Positions 1 through 7,799 of a DNA stretch of 64,000 nucleotides are shown piece after piece. Made by a program: the position numbers and the translations under genes. This DNA comes from Candidatus Iainarchaeum sp. GTDB lineage: Archaea > Iainarchaeota > Iainarchaeia > Iainarchaeales > JAXPJC01. The stretch covers positions 32,001-96,000 of the forward strand of contig JACPJC010000005.1 of the NCBI GenBank assembly GCA_016187745.1, written 5' to 3'. The notes below the pieces were generated by a model that saw only the letters and a list, made by a program, of their open reading frames with translations, did no database searches and was not told the origin of the DNA. Numbering within the stretch: the stretch's first letter is position 1; each line of letters starts with the position of its first letter.

Positions 1-632
1 TCATCGCCTGCATAAATTATTGGGAATTTTCCCTTAAGTTCGGCTGCAGCATCCCTTGCAATTTCATCAATTTCATTTCTGCTTTCTTCCAGCAATGAAA
101 GCATCTCATTGTAGCTGTTCTCCTGATTTTTAATCAAGCCAAGTTTTTCGAATATTGGGATCATTGGAAGCGTAAGGAAAGGAACTGCCATGCGGGGCTG
201 CGGCGCATCCCTTGGAAGGGCAATTCTATATTTTCCCAAGTCTTTCAACTTTCCGCCAGAAGCAAGCCCAACAACTAGGCAGTTTCTCTTCAGCGCCTCT
301 TCCATGCATGCGAGTGTTTCCTCAGTATTCCCGGAATAGCTTACAGCAAAAACAAGCGTGTTCTCATCTGCATATTTCGGCAGGGAATAGCTGTGATAAG
401 CCTCTATTGGAATAGCGAGTTCAGTTTTCAACAAGTTTTTCAATATGTGCCCACCGATTCCGCTTCCGCCCATTCCGCTTACAATAATGTTGCTGATTTT
501 CCTGCCATCATTAATTTCAAGCCTTCTGCCAAGCTCCAATGCATTTCTGCATTGCTCCGGAAATGTCTTAAGAAAGCCAAGCGCATTGCTCTTGTCAAGC
601 TCTTCGGCAAGTTTTGAAAAATCAGGCCCCAT
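1..632 (-). CDS. Bifunctional phosphoglucose/phosphomannose isomerase (SIS domain), 3' end runs off the window
   Basis: Not in the ORF track. Manual translation from ATG at 632: MGPDFSKLAEELDKSNALGFLKTFPEQC...IIVSGMGGSGIGG...VFAVSYSGNTEETL...ASGGKL...PQPRMA, the SIS motifs of archaeal PGI/PMI. Confidence 0.88.
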   Translation of the reverse strand, partial: MGPDFSKLAEELDKSNALGFLKTFPEQCRNALELGRRLEINDGRKISNIIVSGMGGSGIGGHILKNLLKTELAIPIEAYHSYSLPKYADENTLVFAVSYSGNTEETLACMEEALKRNCLVVGLASGGKLKDLGKYRIALPRDAPQPRMAVPFLTLPMIPIFEKLGLIKNQENSYNEMLSLLEESRNEIDEIARDAAAELKGKFPIIYAGD

Positions 633-691
633 GGTAAAAACAACGCGCTCCCTTGGTTAAAAAGTATTTTGGTTCAAAATTGCCAAGCAAC

Positions 692-753
692 TTTCACCGG
701 CGGAATGCCCCCGAAAGCGTTTATAATCCCGCCTGCGGAAGTTCCTTCATGGA
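692..753 (+). repeat. Direct repeat copy 1 of a promoter-containing segment (BRE/TATA); copy 2 at 1477-1538
   Basis: tttcaccggcggaatgcccccgaaagcgtttataa versus tttcaccggcggaatggtcccgaaagtgtttataa (32/35 identical); both begin 57 nt before an ATG. Confidence 0.85.
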
Positions 754-1174
754 GCAATTGATTTACATTGACACAAACGTCTGGATTGATTTCTGGGAAG
801 ACCGCAGGGACAATGTCAGGCCGCTCGGCGAGTTTGCGTTTCAGCTGCTGAAAAAGGCATATGAGTGCAAATACCGCATAATTGTTTCAGGGCTAGTTAT
901 AGATGAATTGGATTTGTTCTACTCAAAAGAGACTATTATTGAAATTATGAAGAATTTGAGAGCTTCAGGAAAATATCAACCTCTCAAAGTTTTGGAGCAA
1001 GACAGATTGCAAGCGGAAGAGACTGCAAAGGAGACGGGAACAAGCTATAATGATGCGCTTCATGCAATATTGGCCAATAGAGCTAATGCTGACTATTTGG
1101 TTACAAGGAACTTGAAGGATTTTGAGAGGCTTTCTGATTTAAATAAAACCGTGCTCCCTGAGAATCTGCTCTGA
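749..1174 (+). CDS. PIN-domain (VapC-like) ribonuclease toxin
   Basis: YIDTNVWID, VIDEL, YNDALHAILA and LVTRNLKDF motifs; start moved to ATG 749 downstream of the TATA box. Confidence 0.88.
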   Translation: MEQLIYIDTNVWIDFWEDRRDNVRPLGEFAFQLLKKAYECKYRIIVSGLVIDELDLFYSKETIIEIMKNLRASGKYQPLKVLEQDRLQAEETAKETGTSYNDALHAILANRANADYLVTRNLKDFERLSDLNKTVLPENLL

Positions 1175-1426
1175 CCTTTCCGGCGTGTGCGCCCTTGCAA
1201 TCTTTTCCCTGATTTCCGGGGTCAATCCCTTGCCCTTCCCCCTGAGCATTCCGCGCTGCTTAGGAAGGTTTTCAAGCGCCTTTCTCCTGTAATATTCTGT
1301 TATGATGCCCCTTATTCCTTCCCTCACAAGCTCCGCCTGGTTGCTGAACAGCCCCGAATGTATTAATTCATCCATGCTGCTTTTCAGTTCAGCGCCAATT
1401 CTTATGTGGATTAAACTATTTGCCAT
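1139..1426 (-). CDS. Ribbon-helix-helix (CopG/Arc/MetJ-like) protein, putative antitoxin
   Basis: IHIRIGAELKSSMDELIHSGLFSNQAELVREGIR fits an RHH fold; adjacent to the PIN gene. Confidence 0.75.
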   Translation of the reverse strand: MANSLIHIRIGAELKSSMDELIHSGLFSNQAELVREGIRGIITEYYRRKALENLPKQRGMLRGKGKGLTPEIREKIARAHTPERSEQILREHGFI

Positions 1427-1443
1427 TTTCTCCCATAACTAGG

Positions 1444-1471
1444 TATATCATAACAGTATAAAAATGATATA
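1444..1471. promoter_or_regulatory. Inverted repeat over the RHH gene promoter, putative autoregulatory operator
   Basis: tatatcat-N12-atgatata flanking a TATA-like gtataaaa just upstream of the RHH start. Confidence 0.45.
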
Positions 1472-1476
1472 GCCAG

Positions 1477-1538
1477 TTTCACCGGCGGAATGGTCCCGAA
1501 AGTGTTTATAAAGGCCTGAAACAAGCTTCTTCCATGGA
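1477..1538 (+). repeat. Direct repeat copy 2 (promoter of the PolB-like gene)
   Basis: Matches 692-753; contains cgaaag-tg-tttataa (BRE/TATA). Confidence 0.85.
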
Positions 1539-3117
1539 CTCCCTAACTCCCAATATAAGGGTGCCCGTGTCATTATCCGCCCCGGGCAAGAATGCAATTT
1601 CCAATGCTGTGCTGTATTTGTCCAATGCAGCCTATCTCCCGGAAAGGCAGGAGGTAGTTATTGAATTTTCCAACCGCGCGCAGAAAATTACAAGGCCGTT
1701 TTATTTCCTCCCATGCATGCACGTAAACCCGAACGGAAGCAGGGAGTTGCTCATCGAGCTTCTTTCAGCATATGAGAACAAGAAAATAAAATTCGGGGAA
1801 TGCGGAAATAAAATAATCAGGATTACGGCAGCAACTTTCGCTGACCTGCAGAAGGCAGCAGTTATGCTCCAATCAACCCTGCAGTTAAGCCCGGTAATAA
1901 TTTCCCCTGAAAGGCAGTTTTTGCTCCAGATGGGCTGGAGCTATTTTGATGCCTTTGTTTTTCCTTCCAATGAGCCTGAAAAAATTGAAGTGCCCTCAAT
2001 TCCCAATGTGAAATTTGAATTCCTGCATGATTCCACAAGGCGCATTTTCTCCTCAATGCTTAATGAGGAAAAGGCTGTTGCCTCAGGCCTTGCTGAAGCC
2101 CTGGTAAAGTCAAACATGCTCACGCTTCCAATAAACGCGCTTCCCGAAACAAAGCAGGAGATTGCCGAGGCCTGGCTTGAAAAAATATTCTTCAAACATG
2201 GCTTTGCGCTTTCCGAAGCGCACATCCCGAAAGCGCCATTCGCGGAAAGCCGGCAGAAGGGCTTCCATTCGAAGGACGCACTAATGGAAGTGAATTTCTC
2301 AGAGGTATGGCCCCTGCTTATTACAAAATCATTCTTCAACCTGGGCTTTGAAACGCTCAATTGCGCATGCTGCGCGCCGGAAAATCTCCAATCCGGAAAT
2401 TTATTTCCGAATTCGCCCGTGAATGTGAAATTCCTCGCGCACGCCAACTATTTTGAATCCATATCAGAGAGCTTCGCCCTTAACTATCATATTTCCAATC
2501 CGAACAGGGACTCAAGGATTGCAAGGATGCAGGAATTCTGCCTGCAGGCAATTCCTGTCGGGCCAACAACAAAGGACAGGGAAATGCTTATTCCCCTGCA
2601 TGACGCAAAGCAGCTGCAGGATGAAAAGTCCGCGCAGATAATGCCCTCAGGCCATAAACTTCTCTGGGGCTGCAGGAAAAAGGAGAGCTTCCTCTCTCTG
2701 GAAATTTCAGAATTGCACAAAAAGATTGCAGGGCTGGAAGCGCTTATTGCGGAAATTGAGAAAAGGCATTCGGAAAAATTCGGCCTGAACTGCTTTGCCG
2801 AACTGGAAAAAAACGAGAAATACAATTACGCCCTGCAGAAGCTTTCCTGCCTCAAGGCTCTTTTCACATATCTGCCCCGGCATCTCGGGTGCAGGAGCTC
2901 AAGGTTTTATTCGGAAACCATTGCGGATTCCCTGCAGGCAATAGAGAAAAGCGTGATGCTCGGCTTCAGGGAGTTTACCTCGGCGCAAGGCATAAGGTGC
3001 TTCGCATTCCGGAACAAGGCGTTCATTGAAGGCAAGGAGGCGCTTGCCATCGCAAAGGGATTTTCGGGCCTTGCAAGCCTTCCCGAGCCCTCAATCGGCA
3101 AGAGGCACGATTTTTAA
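1534..3117 (+). CDS. Degenerate, probably inactive family B DNA polymerase-like protein
   Basis: EVNFSEVWPLLI...NLGFETLNCACC aligns to PolB motif A (DFxSxYPSII...NISPET); LKALFTYLPRHLGCRSSRFYS aligns to motif B; no YGDTDS motif. Confidence 0.65.
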   Translation: MDSLTPNIRVPVSLSAPGKNAISNAVLYLSNAAYLPERQEVVIEFSNRAQKITRPFYFLPCMHVNPNGSRELLIELLSAYENKKIKFGECGNKIIRITAATFADLQKAAVMLQSTLQLSPVIISPERQFLLQMGWSYFDAFVFPSNEPEKIEVPSIPNVKFEFLHDSTRRIFSSMLNEEKAVASGLAEALVKSNMLTLPINALPETKQEIAEAWLEKIFFKHGFALSEAHIPKAPFAESRQKGFHSKDALMEVNFSEVWPLLITKSFFNLGFETLNCACCAPENLQSGNLFPNSPVNVKFLAHANYFESISESFALNYHISNPNRDSRIARMQEFCLQAIPVGPTTKDREMLIPLHDAKQLQDEKSAQIMPSGHKLLWGCRKKESFLSLEISELHKKIAGLEALIAEIEKRHSEKFGLNCFAELEKNEKYNYALQKLSCLKALFTYLPRHLGCRSSRFYSETIADSLQAIEKSVMLGFREFTSAQGIRCFAFRNKAFIEGKEALAIAKGFSGLASLPEPSIGKRHDF

Positions 3118-3157
3118 AGGTTTTTATAGCTATTCTTAATATTCATTCTGGCTATTT

Positions 3158-3373
3158 GTGGTTGATATGGAAAAGCTTACTAGATTTGAGGTTACAAGGC
3201 TCATTTCAGCAAGGGCGCTGCAGCTCTCCCTCGGGGCAAGCCCATTAATTGAGCAGGAAAAGGGCGTATCGCTGTACGAGCTTGCGAAACTTGAGCTTGA
3301 GAAGAAAGTGCTTCCGCTTGCGGTAATGCGCGCCTATCCCAACGGGGAAATAAGGCGCATAGATGTGAGCTGA
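3158..3373 (+). CDS. rpoK: RNA polymerase subunit Rpo6/K
   Basis: LTRFEVTRLISARALQLSLGA signature. Confidence 0.95.
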   Translation: MVDMEKLTRFEVTRLISARALQLSLGASPLIEQEKGVSLYELAKLELEKKVLPLAVMRAYPNGEIRRIDVS

Positions 3374-3390
3374 TTTTAGGGAGTGAAAAA

Positions 3391-3585
3391 ATGGGAAAGG
3401 CAGTTCCAAAAAACCTGAAATCGCGCGCGTCCATACTGATTAAGGAATTCCCCGACAAATTCACAATAGATTTTGACAAGAACAAGCAGTTCCTCAATTC
3501 ACTGCAGCTTCCATTCACAAACGAAGTAAGGAATCTCATTGCGGGTTACATAACAAGAAAGGTCAAGCAGAAGCACGCTTCATAA
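3391..3585 (+). CDS. rps17e: 30S ribosomal protein S17e
   Basis: FTIDFDKNK and RNLIAGYITR signatures. Confidence 0.95.
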   Translation: MGKAVPKNLKSRASILIKEFPDKFTIDFDKNKQFLNSLQLPFTNEVRNLIAGYITRKVKQKHAS

Positions 3586-3633
3586 ATCAGAAACCTTAGG
3601 TTTCCTCAAACTTCCTCTCTTCCAAAACATCCT

Positions 3634-5706
3634 TTATGCCGAAACTGCTTGCATAATGGGCTTTGTTATTCCATCCTCTTTTTTATCGCGCTCCATTATG
3701 TAAATGCGCGAAGTTGCTGCTTTCTCCATTTCCTTGTCATGGGTTATGATGAAAACCTGCTCCACGAATTCAGGCAGGTGCGCCTTAAGCATTTTGCTGA
3801 ATTCTTCCACGGCAAGCACATCAAGGTTGTGCGTTGGCTCATCCAGAATTATCCAGCTCAGGTTCTGCGCGAGAACGAGGGAAAGCGCAATCCTTATTGT
3901 TATTGCCGCAGCAGAGCGTTCCCCCCCGCTAAGGATTCCCTCAACCCTTGTCCAATTATTGCGCGCATCCCTCACCTTAATCTCATAATTCCCGTTTTCA
4001 ATGTCAATTTTTGCTGAATTGTAGTCCGCGTAGGGATAGACCTTCCCCCAGACGTTGTGCATTGCCTGGTTTATCGCATCAATCATAAGATTGCGCAGCT
4101 CCCCCTGGCTTGCCTTCAGCGCATTTGTGAATATGCTTAGCTTTTCCACAACAGCCTTCATGTTCCCGATGTCAGATTCCATAACCTTCATTTCATTTTT
4201 CATCCCCTCAATCTTCCCGATATTCGCCTTTATGCCCCCGATAATCTCATTATTGCTTTCCAGCTCCTTATGCAGTGACTCAATCCCTGAAGTTTCCCTC
4301 ACATATTCATTTCTCGCATTCCTCAGCAAGGATTCATTGAAATTGAGCTCGCGCATCTTCTTCTCAATTGCTTTCTGCTTCTCCGCTGAATTCTGCATTT
4401 CCCTGATATAATTTTCCATCTTTCCTGCCTTCTCCGCAAGATTCCTGAACTGCATCTCCTTCTCCCTTAATTCCTTCAATGAATTTTCCGCAGAGCTTTT
4501 TTCCTGCCTTAGTTTGCTTCTCTGCGCGCCTATCCTCCCAATTTCAGCTTCGCTCGCCTTCAGCTGCTTCTGCAGCAATTCAATATCCCTCTCATCTTCC
4601 GCAACCAGTGCGCGCTTGGTCTTTTCATCCAGCGCGGACTTGCATATCGGGCAGGAGGCCTTTGCGCCCCTAAGCTGCAGCAGGTTTTCCTGAATTTCAG
4701 CAATCCTGCTTTCATGCACCTTTGCCTTCTGCATTTCACTGCTTGCAAGCAGGTTGTTCTTCTCAAGCAGCTCATCGAATTTTTTCATTTCATCCTCAAA
4801 TTCAGCAAGCTTTTTCCTGCAGCCTTCCGCTTCCTTCCCAATGTCGCTTAATTTCCTTTTTCCAAGCTCTCCCTCAATCCCGGAGATTATCCCGGAAATC
4901 TCCTCCGCGCGGGCCTTTGCCTTGAGCAATTCCTCATTAAGCATGTCGTGCTTCTTTTCCATATCCTCAAGTTTTTCAACTTCAAGGCGCAGTTTTTCAG
5001 CAACGCCCTTTGATTTTTCAATCCTTTTACCCAGTTCTTTTCCATGCAGGGTTTTTTCATCCAGCCTTTTGTTCAGCTCCGCAAGCTCGGAATCGCTTAT
5101 CCTGTTTTTTTGTTCTGCAAGAAGTTTCTCCCTGTCCAGCGCCATTGCCTTTATCCTGTTCGCAAGCGCCCCGGCCTGCTCCCTCGCGTTCTCATATCTG
5201 TCTATCGCAAGCAGCTCATCAATCTTACCCTTCCTTTCGGAGGGATTCAGGCGCAGGAAAAAATCAATCTGGTTCTGCTCCGCATAAACCGCGCGGGAGA
5301 ACAGGTCAAAATTAATTCCCAGGATTTCCTCCACTCTCTCATTGACGTCGCTTACCTTCGGCCCTGCAAGGAAGTTTGAGTTCCTGTATATTTTTGCCTC
5401 ATTGGTCTTTCTGCCAGAGCTTTTTTGCAATATCCTTTCAATCCTGTAATTTTCATTCCTGTAATCAAACTCTATTGCAACCTTCGCAAAATCAGCGGAA
5501 GTCGGCTTTGACATTATCACCTCGTCCTGCGAAAGCCGCCTTGCAAGCAGCGCAGGGAACGTGCCAAATAATGCATAGCTTATGGCGTCCATAACGCTTG
5601 TTTTCCCGCTGCCCATCTTCCCTATAATCACATTCGTGCCCTTCCCAAATTCAAGCACGCTGTGCTTATGGCTCTTCCAGTTCTCAAGCTCCACAAGGGA
5701 AATCAT
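3634..5706 (-). CDS. Rad50/SbcC-like SMC ATPase
   Basis: Walker A GKMGSGKT, coiled coil with CPIC zinc hook, LSGGE signature, ILDEPT Walker B; start at MISLVELENWKSH. Confidence 0.88.
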   Translation of the reverse strand: MISLVELENWKSHKHSVLEFGKGTNVIIGKMGSGKTSVMDAISYALFGTFPALLARRLSQDEVIMSKPTSADFAKVAIEFDYRNENYRIERILQKSSGRKTNEAKIYRNSNFLAGPKVSDVNERVEEILGINFDLFSRAVYAEQNQIDFFLRLNPSERKGKIDELLAIDRYENAREQAGALANRIKAMALDREKLLAEQKNRISDSELAELNKRLDEKTLHGKELGKRIEKSKGVAEKLRLEVEKLEDMEKKHDMLNEELLKAKARAEEISGIISGIEGELGKRKLSDIGKEAEGCRKKLAEFEDEMKKFDELLEKNNLLASSEMQKAKVHESRIAEIQENLLQLRGAKASCPICKSALDEKTKRALVAEDERDIELLQKQLKASEAEIGRIGAQRSKLRQEKSSAENSLKELREKEMQFRNLAEKAGKMENYIREMQNSAEKQKAIEKKMRELNFNESLLRNARNEYVRETSGIESLHKELESNNEIIGGIKANIGKIEGMKNEMKVMESDIGNMKAVVEKLSIFTNALKASQGELRNLMIDAINQAMHNVWGKVYPYADYNSAKIDIENGNYEIKVRDARNNWTRVEGILSGGERSAAAITIRIALSLVLAQNLSWIILDEPTHNLDVLAVEEFSKMLKAHLPEFVEQVFIITHDKEMEKAATSRIYIMERDKKEDGITKPIMQAVSA

Positions 5707-5741
5707 AAATAACCAGTGCGCGCAAACCAATAAAAGAATAT

Positions 5742-6002
5742 TCAAACAAGCGTCATTCCCGCAACTTCCACATTGCTCACTCCGCTTATCGCCTTTATTG
5801 CGCTTTCCAATGCCTCAAGCACCCCTTCAACCTTGTCCGGGAGAAGGTATGCCGCCTTAATCAGTTCCATTCCAAAAGCCACAGGCTCCTTCTTCACTTC
5901 CCTGAATTCCCCTTCCTTCAGCCCCCTGAGCGCCTTCTCTATGTGCGGAATGTCCCCCACATCCTCAGGATAAACTGCAAAAACCACGAACATCTTACCC
6001 AT
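5742..6002 (-). CDS. ef1b: Translation elongation factor aEF-1beta
   Basis: KEPVAFGMELIK and ISGVSNVEV motifs; downstream of the Zn-ribbon gene as in the conserved archaeal pair. Confidence 0.92.
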   Translation of the reverse strand: MGKMFVVFAVYPEDVGDIPHIEKALRGLKEGEFREVKKEPVAFGMELIKAAYLLPDKVEGVLEALESAIKAISGVSNVEVAGMTLV

Positions 6003-6023
6003 ATAAAAAACCGCCAAACAGGC

Positions 6024-6179
6024 TTAAGGGCCTGTAAATCCGCACTTCGGGCATGTGTATGTGTTTACAATCTCCCTGCAGTGCACGCATCTCACGATAT
6101 TGGACTTGCCGCACTTCGGGCAGCGGAACTCCGCATAGTCCCTTGTGACCTTCTTATTGCACGTTGTGCAGATTTTCAT
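6024..6179 (-). CDS. Small Zn-ribbon protein (DUF1610-like), 51 aa
   Basis: Manual translation MKICTTCNKKVTRDYAEFRCPKCGKSNIVRCVHCREIVNTYTCPKCGFTGP, four CxxC; usual position upstream of EF-1beta. Confidence 0.9.
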   Translation of the reverse strand: MKICTTCNKKVTRDYAEFRCPKCGKSNIVRCVHCREIVNTYTCPKCGFTGP

Positions 6180-6315
6180 TGCATTCATACATTGCACCAA
6201 ATCCGTATTTTATAAAGGCTTAAATAATCAGATATAGTAATATTCCATATAAGCAAAGATTAAAAACCCTCCTGAAAAAGCGGAAGGTATCGGAAACGAA
6301 GGGTTTCTGATTGCA

Positions 6316-6387
6316 GGACCCATCGGCTAATGGACAGGCCAGACGGCTTCGGACCGTCCAATGGGGGTTCGATTCCCTCTGGGTCCA
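6316..6387 (+). tRNA. tRNA-Arg(UCG), intronless, CCA not encoded
   Basis: Acceptor GGACCCA/TGGGTCC, anticodon arm GACGG-CTTCGGA-CCGTC (TCG at 6349-6351), T-loop TTCGATT. Confidence 0.95.
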
Positions 6388-6390
6388 ACC

Positions 6391-6460
6391 ACCAATCCCT
6401 TTTCTTTTAGGAAAAGAAAAGGTCTAGGTTTTACCCCAAAAGAAAAATAGGTTTCAAGTT
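6391..6460 (+). repeat. Dispersed ~70 bp intergenic repeat, copy A (copy B at 39978-40044)
   Basis: accaatccct-tttctttt-agg-aaaagaaaagg-tctaggt-ttacc-aaagaaaaa-ggtttcaagtt; internal T/A hairpin; between convergent genes. Confidence 0.75.
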
Positions 6461-6475
6461 GCCAAAAAGAAAATG

Positions 6476-7789
6476 CTATATGAATTTGTTTTTCCTTAAC
6501 AGGCCTTCCAGATTTGGCTTTCCTAATTCCTCCAATTCGTAGCTAACTTCGATTGCAGGCTTATTGAGTTTCAGTATTCTTGCAAGATTCACAGGCGTTG
6601 CATCCACAACATAATCGCACGGGGTCCTGTTTATTGTTGATTCCAGCTCAGCAACCTGCTTTTTTCCATAGCCGAGCGCAGGCAACACATTGCGCAGATG
6701 CTTCCATTTTTTCAATTCCTTCCTTAATGAGCCGACAGCATACTTATGCGGAGCAATGATTATTGCCTTGTGCTTTTTTGCAACAATAATGCCTGCGCCA
6801 TAAGCCATGTTCCCATGTGTAAGCGTAGGGCCATCCTCAACAACCAGGACCTTTTTATTATGCATTTTCCAGGCAAGCGGAGAAATCAATTCCGAATTTG
6901 CCTTTACAATCCTTGCATTTGGATTCACAAGCCTCGCATTTTCAATTATCTCTTTTATTGCCTTTTTCTTTGCGGTATTCATCTTGTTTATTACAATCAC
7001 ATCAGCCATCCTGAAGTTTGTTTCTCCGGGATGATAAAGCAGCTCGTGCCCCGCCCTGTGCGGATCGGTAACAACAATCAGCAAATCCGGTTTTATGAAT
7101 GGGAAATCATTATTGCCTCCATCCCAAATTATTACTTCAGCTTCCTTTTCAGCAGCACGCAGGATTTTTTCATAATCCACTCCTGCATAAACTATTGCGC
7201 CCCTTTCAATCAAGGGTTCATACTCCTCCATTTCCTCAATTGTGCACTTTTGCCTTTTCAAATCATCAATACGCTCAAACCTCTGGCATCCCTGCAGCAG
7301 CAAATTCCCATAAGGCATTGGATGCCTTATCACAACCGCTTTCTTTCTGTGTGTTTTCAGAATATCAAGGATTCTCCTTGTGGTCTGGCTCTTTCCCGAG
7401 CCTGTGCGGACTGCACATACAGCAATTACTTTCTTCGTTGATTCCAGCATTGTTTCCTTTGGCCCAAGAAGTGAAAAGCCCGCTCCGCAGGCAAGCACGA
7501 TGCTCGCCTTGTGCATGACCTCTTCATGGCTTACATCAGAATAAGCAAATACAACTTCATGCGCATTGAATTTCTTAATCAATTTTGGCAGTTCTGCTTC
7601 AGGATAGATAGGAAGCCCTTTTTTGTACAATCTGCCGGCAAGTTCTGCAGGATATTTGCGATTTGTAATTTCTGGAATCTGAGTTGCAGTAAAACAAACA
7701 ACATTATAATTCGGATTATTTCTAAATGCTATATTGAAATTGTGGAAATCCCTTCCAGCAGCGCCCATTATTATTACGTTTCTGCGCAT
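6476..7789 (-). CDS. cDPG-synthetase-like P-loop protein (COG2403), probable arginine synthetase ArcE
   Basis: MGAAGRDFHNFN, ATQIP, AVRTGSGKSQT, RHPMPYG, WDGGNNDFPF, VEDGPTLTHG and VLPALGY motifs. Confidence 0.8.
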   Translation of the reverse strand: MRRNVIIMGAAGRDFHNFNIAFRNNPNYNVVCFTATQIPEITNRKYPAELAGRLYKKGLPIYPEAELPKLIKKFNAHEVVFAYSDVSHEEVMHKASIVLACGAGFSLLGPKETMLESTKKVIAVCAVRTGSGKSQTTRRILDILKTHRKKAVVIRHPMPYGNLLLQGCQRFERIDDLKRQKCTIEEMEEYEPLIERGAIVYAGVDYEKILRAAEKEAEVIIWDGGNNDFPFIKPDLLIVVTDPHRAGHELLYHPGETNFRMADVIVINKMNTAKKKAIKEIIENARLVNPNARIVKANSELISPLAWKMHNKKVLVVEDGPTLTHGNMAYGAGIIVAKKHKAIIIAPHKYAVGSLRKELKKWKHLRNVLPALGYGKKQVAELESTINRTPCDYVVDATPVNLARILKLNKPAIEVSYELEELGKPNLEGLLRKNKFI

Positions 7790-7799
7790 TCCTCACTCC

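Noticed and set aside
212-660. Three short plus-strand ORFs
   Set aside because: Antisense to the PGI/PMI gene on the minus strand
3586-3633. Hairpin gaaacct-t-aggtttc between rps17e and the Rad50-like gene
   Set aside because: Short and consistent with an ordinary convergent terminator; not related to the 70 bp repeat
6316-6475. Integrated element at tRNA-Arg
   Set aside because: No integrase and no duplicate of the tRNA 3' end elsewhere in the window
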